Positions 62,157 through 64,000 of a DNA stretch of 64,000 nucleotides are shown here, one piece after another; the first letter of the stretch is position 1; the number at the start of each line of letters is the position of its first letter. A program made the position numbers and the translations under genes. Location of the stretch: contig JBHGNT010000003.1 of NCBI GenBank assembly GCA_043228905.1, forward strand, positions 15,252,001 through 15,316,000. The letters run 5' to 3'. The stretch is from Azolla caroliniana. Lineage: Eukaryota; Plantae; Polypodiophyta. A model generated the notes under the pieces. The model ran no database searches. It worked only from the letters and a program-made list of their open reading frames with translations, and was not told the origin of the DNA.

Positions 62157-63894
62157 TCTTCGGTACAGGACCCCCAAGGTCCCGCCTCACTCCACACATC
62201 CACGAGGAATACCTCGACAACGTGCACTTACTTCGTATACTTGACGTCTAGGTTTATGTGGACAATCCACGACGATATGTCCTAGACCACCGCAATATAG
62301 ACATAGGCGGTGCGCCCGACTTCGTTGTTTCTCAGCATTGGATAAAGGCCCTAGACGTTGTGCTGTCTCTATTTCCATCAGAGTTGGTCCATTCCTTGTA
62401 ACGGGTCTGGAAACTTGTGGGGGTGTTGCGACTACGAAAGCATGCGTTTGTTCTGGTTGGCGGTGTAACATTTGTTGGCGCTCAGAACGTCGCTCACAAC
62501 TCGACTAATAACCTCTGTTAGAGACCTTGGATCGTCATGGAAAGTAAGTAGAAGATCTTTGATGTCATTACGCAAACCTTGATAGAATTGATCCATTAAA
62601 GCCCCCTCATCCCAAGGGATATAACATGCCAAGGGGACGAAAATCAGCTGCATACACTAATGCGGGATGATCTCCTTGCCGGAGTCTTCAAATCTTGTTT
62701 ATCACCGTCCTAGTGCTGTTGGTGTCTCCAAAACTAGCCGGAAACTCCTTAACAAATGCCTCAAAATCGTCTAACAATGGTGATTTCTTCTCAAGAAGCG
62801 GTGCAAACCATGCTAATGGTATACCACATAACAAGGTTCGCACTAATCCCACACGAGTCGTGTCAGTTGGGTACCGATTGGGATGTAACTGAATAAGCAA
62901 ACGAACTTGATTAAAAAAACCTTGAAATAAAGACCTCGTACCATCAACTTTGGCAAGGAGACTAATCTTTGGTTCTCGAGGGGAGTTTTGAGCCCCCGAC
63001 GCTTGTTCCCGTAATCACAATAGAGTAGCCTCGAGTTGGTGAACCCGTTGTGATAATTCTTCTACTTGTTGAGCTCTTTGATTTTCATGCTCACTTGTTG
63101 TAGGTCACCCAATAGCCTTTGATTTTCATGCTCTAATGCCACAAATTTATTCGTGAGCATGTCGAGCTCGGAGAGAACACGGATATATTCTTGTTTGCTC
63201 ACGGACTCCATGAGGAACGAGGGGAGAGGGGAAGAAATAAGAGAACTTGTGGAAGAGGGAGAAAATGGAAAAAAATTGGTTCAAACTGTCAAGACAAAGA
63301 GAAAAAGAGAACAAAGAGAGAGAAAAAAAGGAAAGAGATATATTGATGAGGCGGAAAGAGAGAATTGAAAAGAAAGTATTCTATTGCAATATAAGATGGA
63401 GTACATAGAGTAGGCAATTGGGAGCTATAGGATGGTGTTGAACCAATTTGGTTTTTGGATGGTTGATAACTCCTTGTTTATAACTCTCTATAGAGTAATC
63501 TAGAACACTCTAGAAATTTATGGGGTAATCGAGTAATCTAGAAGGTTTATAGCGTATTTTAGAAGGTTCTAGCATATAGAACACTCTAGAATACTCTAGG
63601 ACATTCTAGAATATAAAGTAATTCAGAATATCCTTATGATATTAGATTATATATTCTAAAAACAATACATATAAACTTGTTATGACAATGGTTAAGGAGT
63701 TGACATGCGTATAACAAGGTTGTGGGTTCAATTCCTTTCCAGACAAAAGGTGAGTGTCGTCATGATACGCTCCAATCGACCTTGGTGTTCCTCTTCTCCG
63801 ACATCTTCTCCAACCTCAACCCGCCAATGACCACCCATTTCGCACTCCTTGTTTCCACCACAAGGTCTATTATAAACATAACTTCCATCTCAGG

Positions 63895-64000
63895 CAATGG
63901 TGCGATGGGGGCGAATCCGATGTCATCTCCCAGAGCATTTTCGCCTAAGATCCCACACTGCCATATCCTAAATGGTTTCCTCGTTCCCCTAGCTTCTCTA
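63895..64000 (+). repeat. Satellite resumes (tRNA 3' end remnant and tail)
   Basis: GGCAATGGTGCG...GCGAATCCGATGTCATCTCC...CCATATCCT matches the unit tail. Confidence 0.85.

Larger units (their letters stand above)
51936..62219 (+). mobile_element. Non-chromovirus Ty3/gypsy in a tandem three-LTR arrangement (possibly Phygy-like)
   Basis: LTRs at 51936-52573, 59020-59655 and 61576-62219. tRNA-Trp PBS TGGTGAACCCGACGTGA at 52578-52594 and again at ~59660. 4-bp TSD ACGT at 51932-51935 and 62220-62223. Empty site at 27580-27583. Confidence 0.93.
49760..63767 (-). mobile_element. Degenerate RT-less Tcn1-like chromovirus, copy B, with 5' LTR at 63287-~63767
   Basis: Integrase at 49760-51020, PR/RH fusion at 50996-51330, gag at 62220-63210. 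The LTR starts TGTCAAG at 63287 next to the same PBS as the intact element. Probable far end CATGATA, compared with CATGACA in the intact family. Confidence 0.87.

Noticed and set aside
63768-63894. Short anonymous segment with an open frame on the - strand
   Set aside because: Too short and without recognisable motifs to call.

Overview
Gene-free, heterochromatin-like eukaryotic DNA, probably from a non-seed land plant (inferred from a plant-type cytosolic tRNA-Asp, Tcn1-like chromoviruses and a CpG/CHG decay pattern). The backbone is a ~390-bp tandem repeat. Each unit is one tRNA-Asp(GUC) gene or pseudogene followed by a ~255-nt hairpin-rich tail ending in a T4-5 run. By eye there are about 55 copies in five blocks. 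Nested LTR retrotransposons break up the array: a degenerate Ty1/copia, an apparently intact young chromovirus (19815-25489) inside an RT-less relative, a three-LTR tandem Ty3/gypsy with a tRNA-Trp PBS, several solo or partial LTRs, and a gag-only remnant. The whole mosaic occurs twice (about 1-28393 and 35000-63033), so each copy shows the empty site for insertions unique to the other. Highlights are the tRNA-headed structured satellite, tRNA-like Pol III A/B boxes at the tip of two unrelated chromovirus LTRs, Tf1-type self-priming geometry, and two -1 frameshift/pseudoknot signals. All alignments, counts and foldings were done by eye.
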